Assembly (NCBI GenBank): GCA_032718475.1
Contig: JAUCBJ010005878.1
Location: 1-36,309 of the forward strand
Length of the DNA stretch: 36,309 bases
Direction: 5' to 3'
From: Nemertoderma westbladi
Taxonomy: Eukaryota > Animalia > Xenacoelomorpha
Below, in pieces: positions 33,264 through 36,309 of the stretch. Within the stretch, counting starts at the first letter, position 1. Each line of letters starts with the position of its first letter. The position numbers and the translations under genes were made by a program. Under the pieces are notes generated by a model. That model searched no databases. It saw only the letters and a program-made list of their open reading frames with translations, and had not been told where the DNA came from.

Positions 33264-35876
33264 CTAATTTAATTCTTTGAACCGTCTGCAACTATCTAAC
33301 TTATGGTCGTCAGATTTTACCTCCTTTAGTAAACAGTATTGGCAACCTACAAATCCATCCGGCAACTCCTGTTGCTTTAACCTAGGTCTATCTAACCGCT
33401 CACCTGACCATACTCGCGATTCTGATCTAAAGGCTGGGGTACTCGAATTATATCTGTCTACTGAGTTAAATGTCACAGTGGTCCTGTCATCGTCAAAACT
33501 TACCATAGACTTACCGGTAACAGGTTTAGACTCCCTCATATTCTCTTCTGAGAAGTTTGATTTCATCTCTGCTACTGCGTCTGTGGCTATCATGTCATGA
33601 ATGTGCTGAAGTGTCAATACTTTACCTTGGCCCTCCAACTTATTCTCTAATTTGCGCCATTTCTGTCTGTAACGCATGTTTAAACGTCTTATTACGCTCT
33701 TTAAAACTTCGGCGTGATCACCATGATGAGGTAGATTCACCGTCCTCAAGATGTCCAATGCGTTCGAAATAGCGTTCGCTAAGTTCAACAGCTCTAACGG
33801 AGTTGTAATCCTTCCGCCCTTACCCAAGTCTTCTACTATCGACTTCGCCATCTTGGTTTTATTCCCGTAGATGTCGCTAAGCGTCTTCATCGCTAACTCG
33901 AATGCCCTTACATTGCCGACGAAGTTATCAGCAATGGCTCTAGGTTCTCGATGGAGCATCTGAAGCAAATAGTTGAACTTCTCGTTGGGAGTAAAGGTGC
34001 TGTTGGTTAGCTGCTCGTCGACATAGGTTTTGAATGTCCTCCAATGCTTATGGTTACCCATAAACTTCTGGGGTTGTTGCGTCGGCAGTCCTTGCCTAGC
34101 AGCAAACTTACCTATGTCCCTAAGGGTTGCGTCGTTCCGGGTTAACAAATGGTTTAGTTCCGCAGGGTTGTTAAGTCTGGTCCTTTCCCGGTGGTTCAAA
34201 CTTACCTGCTCCGCGTCCGTCCTTCTTTCCTTATAGTTTCGGGACTTCTGACGTCTCATGTCTTCCTCTTCATCGCTTGACTCGGTGTCAGTCCTTAGCG
34301 CTCGCGATGGTTTGCGCGCCGAGGCCCTGACCCAAGCTTCCTGAATATATTTCTCGGCCGAATTTTCGAAATCGGGATTATGGATATTCGGGACAGGCGT
34401 CCTTACCTGAGGTCTATGTGGTATAGTCTCCTCTGATATGCGTACTTGTTGACTAGGCTGGACTTTATCTAACTCAGGCCTGCTAGGATTAGAATTACTT
34501 CTTACCTGGGCTGCTTCCTTTAACCGTAGGTTGCTAAGCATGTCCGTTAAAGGTTGGATGTGCGGTGATATAGCTTGCGCTAAACTAGCACTTAACTCAT
34601 CCCTCGTAATAAATTCCTGGCTAGGGTTCTGTTGTATTGTCGGCTCTATCTGAGTAATCCACTGTCTCTCATATGATCCCTCTTCCGGTTTAACCCGGAA
34701 GTTCTCCATCGAACTGGGTCGGCGCTCCGTCCGCGTATTCCAAACCCGCAGGTTCGGTTCGCCAAATACTTGGCCCGTCGGAGTTTCTCTAAACTCTTCA
34801 TCGTCTCGTTCAGTATGTAGTGGTGCGGTGTTCTGATGCCGTGGATTCTGCGCGATAGGTGAAGCACTAATACCAACTGGTGTGCGATATGTAGAGAACG
34901 GTTTAGCGATCCGTGTACTCGTAATAGCTGGACCGGGTATAGGAATTCTGGTCGTCGTCGACTCGCGTATGGTCGGAGTTCTCGCTTCCTGTTCGGCCTT
35001 CTGCAGTGCGAACAGTTCTCGCAACTCAGTCCCTACACTCGCCCCACATTCTTCGATCATTCGCATCCCCTTCTCGGCGATTTCATTCGCCTTTCTAGTC
35101 CGTTCCTCGCTCTCTAGGTTTAATCTCGCACTTTCCAACTGCGCCAGTTTACGTTCTTCTTCTTCCCTCGCTCGTCTCGCTGCGCTCTCTTCTTCCACAC
35201 GCGCCCTTTCTTCATACAATGCCCATCGCTCCTTCTCTCGCTCAAGTTCGCGCTCCTTGCGCTCGCGTTCGAGTTGGAATTCGCGTCTTCTTTGCTCGCA
35301 TTCCTTAGCTTCCCGTTCGCGTTTGCGTTGAAGTTGGAGTTCGCGTTCTTCGCGTTCGCGTTGAAGTTGGAGTTCGCGTTCTTCGCGTTCGCGTTGAAGT
35401 TGGAGTTCTCGTTCCTCGCGTTCGCGTTGAAGTTGGAGTTCTCGTTCCTTCTGTTCGTGTTCCGCTTGTTCCCGCGTACCTTTATCTTCCAACTCTCGCA
35501 ACTTCGCGTCTAACTTACGTGTGCGCTCCCGTTCCCGCTCAGCTTCCTTCCGTGCTTCCGATGCACGCAAAACTTCCGCCTGTTGTTCGTCCAGTCGGCG
35601 TCTTCTCTCCTCCGCCGAGTTGTGCGAAACAAGGGATCTAGCACATATAACTTTCCCTCGCGCGTGACTAACCTGGGAATCGCCACTGTCTCTAGATGCG
35701 TCATCGGGTGGAGTTAACGTTCTCTGTTGGATATTCTCCGTCGTCGGTAGCACCTGACCCGGTACCACCACTCCACTCTGCATCAGCCAGCTAGTAACTT
35801 CCCTCTGATACTGGCGCTCTTCCTTATCTTGGATCTCTTCCCACTCCACTAAGTCTCTCAACTCTGTGTCACTCAC
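33264..35876 (-). pseudogene. BEL/Pao gag (longest open segment, 870 aa)
   Basis: E/R-rich coiled coil; PQKFMGNHKHWRTF...EKFNYLLQML (DUF1759-like); knuckle CQYC...HKLDSC. An in-frame TAG at 33266-33264 is followed in the same frame by CWACLAPGHVRRQC. Further broken frames lie upstream to the window end. Confidence 0.88.
35320..35447 (-). repeat. 33-bp coding minisatellite in gag (ERELQLQRERE, about 4 copies)
   Basis: TGAAGTTGGAGTTC recurs with a 33-bp period starting at 35329. Confidence 0.9.
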
Positions 35877-36309
35877 CTGAGTCGCCTGCGCTTGTGATGC
35901 CCATAGCAGCCAGTTCTCCGTCCTAACTCGTCGAAATCGCTCCGATAACTCGCGTGCTCCAACAAGGCTGCTAAAACCCTGTCGTAAATCCTCGTCGCCA
36001 CGTCGCTCGACTGAGACTCTACTGCCTTCTTCGCTAGGACTGCAAGCTCCTCCGTCTGCTTGAATAACGCTGAGTTATATCCTCCTTCTAATCTCTACTA
36101 GCCCTTCCCGTCCGATGTTCGCTGAGTCGGCTAACATCTTCCTTACCTTGTCCGTCGTCCGAGTTATATGTCCGGCGTGCGCGCGAAGTTTCCTTCTTTA
36201 TCGCGATGTCAAGTTCTCTCTCGCTTACCTGACTCACACTCGGTGGACTTGAAGGATTATTTCGGGAACTACGGGTACTCCTTACAGCCGCTGGGACCAC
36301 GGCACTTAC

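Larger units (their letters stand above)
31690..36309 (-). mobile_element. Decayed BEL/Pao LTR retrotransposon internal region (gag-protease), 3'-truncated and running off the window end
   Basis: Coiled-coil gag, DUF1759-like domain, three zinc knuckles and a DUF1758-like aspartic protease in BEL order. RT, RNase H, integrase and 3' LTR are absent. Confidence 0.9.

Noticed and set aside
33175-33266. Programmed readthrough or frameshift between BEL gag and pol
   Set aside because: The TAG and the 1-nt shift fall between and within the zinc-knuckle cluster. BEL elements normally have one gag-pol ORF, and the copy has other lesions, so decay is the simpler explanation.
32120-35513. Plus-strand ORFs antisense to BEL (e.g. 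32537-33019, 34882-35331, 35274-35513)
   Set aside because: Shadow ORFs of the minus-strand coding sequence and its repeats.

Overview
AT-rich eukaryotic genomic DNA, probably from an invertebrate animal (spliceosomal GT-AG introns and animal-type transposon families). It consists almost entirely of transposable elements stacked inside one another, most with readable terminal inverted repeats (TIRs) and target-site duplications (TSDs). Nest 1 (5451-8921): a TA-flanked Tc1/mariner-like MITE contains a Mutator-like MITE (9-bp TSD), which contains a Sola2-like element (4-bp TSD). An inverted partial copy at 147-1701 preserves the empty Sola2 site. Nest 2 (10759-23314): an unclassified CCCG-ended MITE (8-bp TSD) contains a hAT with a frameshifted transposase, which contains a truncated CR1/L2-group LINE, which is split by a piggyBac-type MITE (TTAA) and a hATm-like transposon with a frameshifted transposase. 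Nest 3 (23446-29284): a non-autonomous EnSpm/CACTA-like element contains a 2.3-kb solo-LTR-like insertion with a tRNA-like Pol III cassette, plus a Harbinger-like MITE. The right end is a decayed BEL/Pao gag-protease fused to the C-terminus of an EnSpm-like transposase. The least explained feature is a minus-strand, three-exon, phase-consistent gene or pseudogene at 3302-5031, absent from the ORF track, encoding a Cys/His-cluster protein of unknown family. No intact host gene, rRNA, functional tRNA or CRISPR array is supported. All family assignments come from motif recognition by eye, not database searches.
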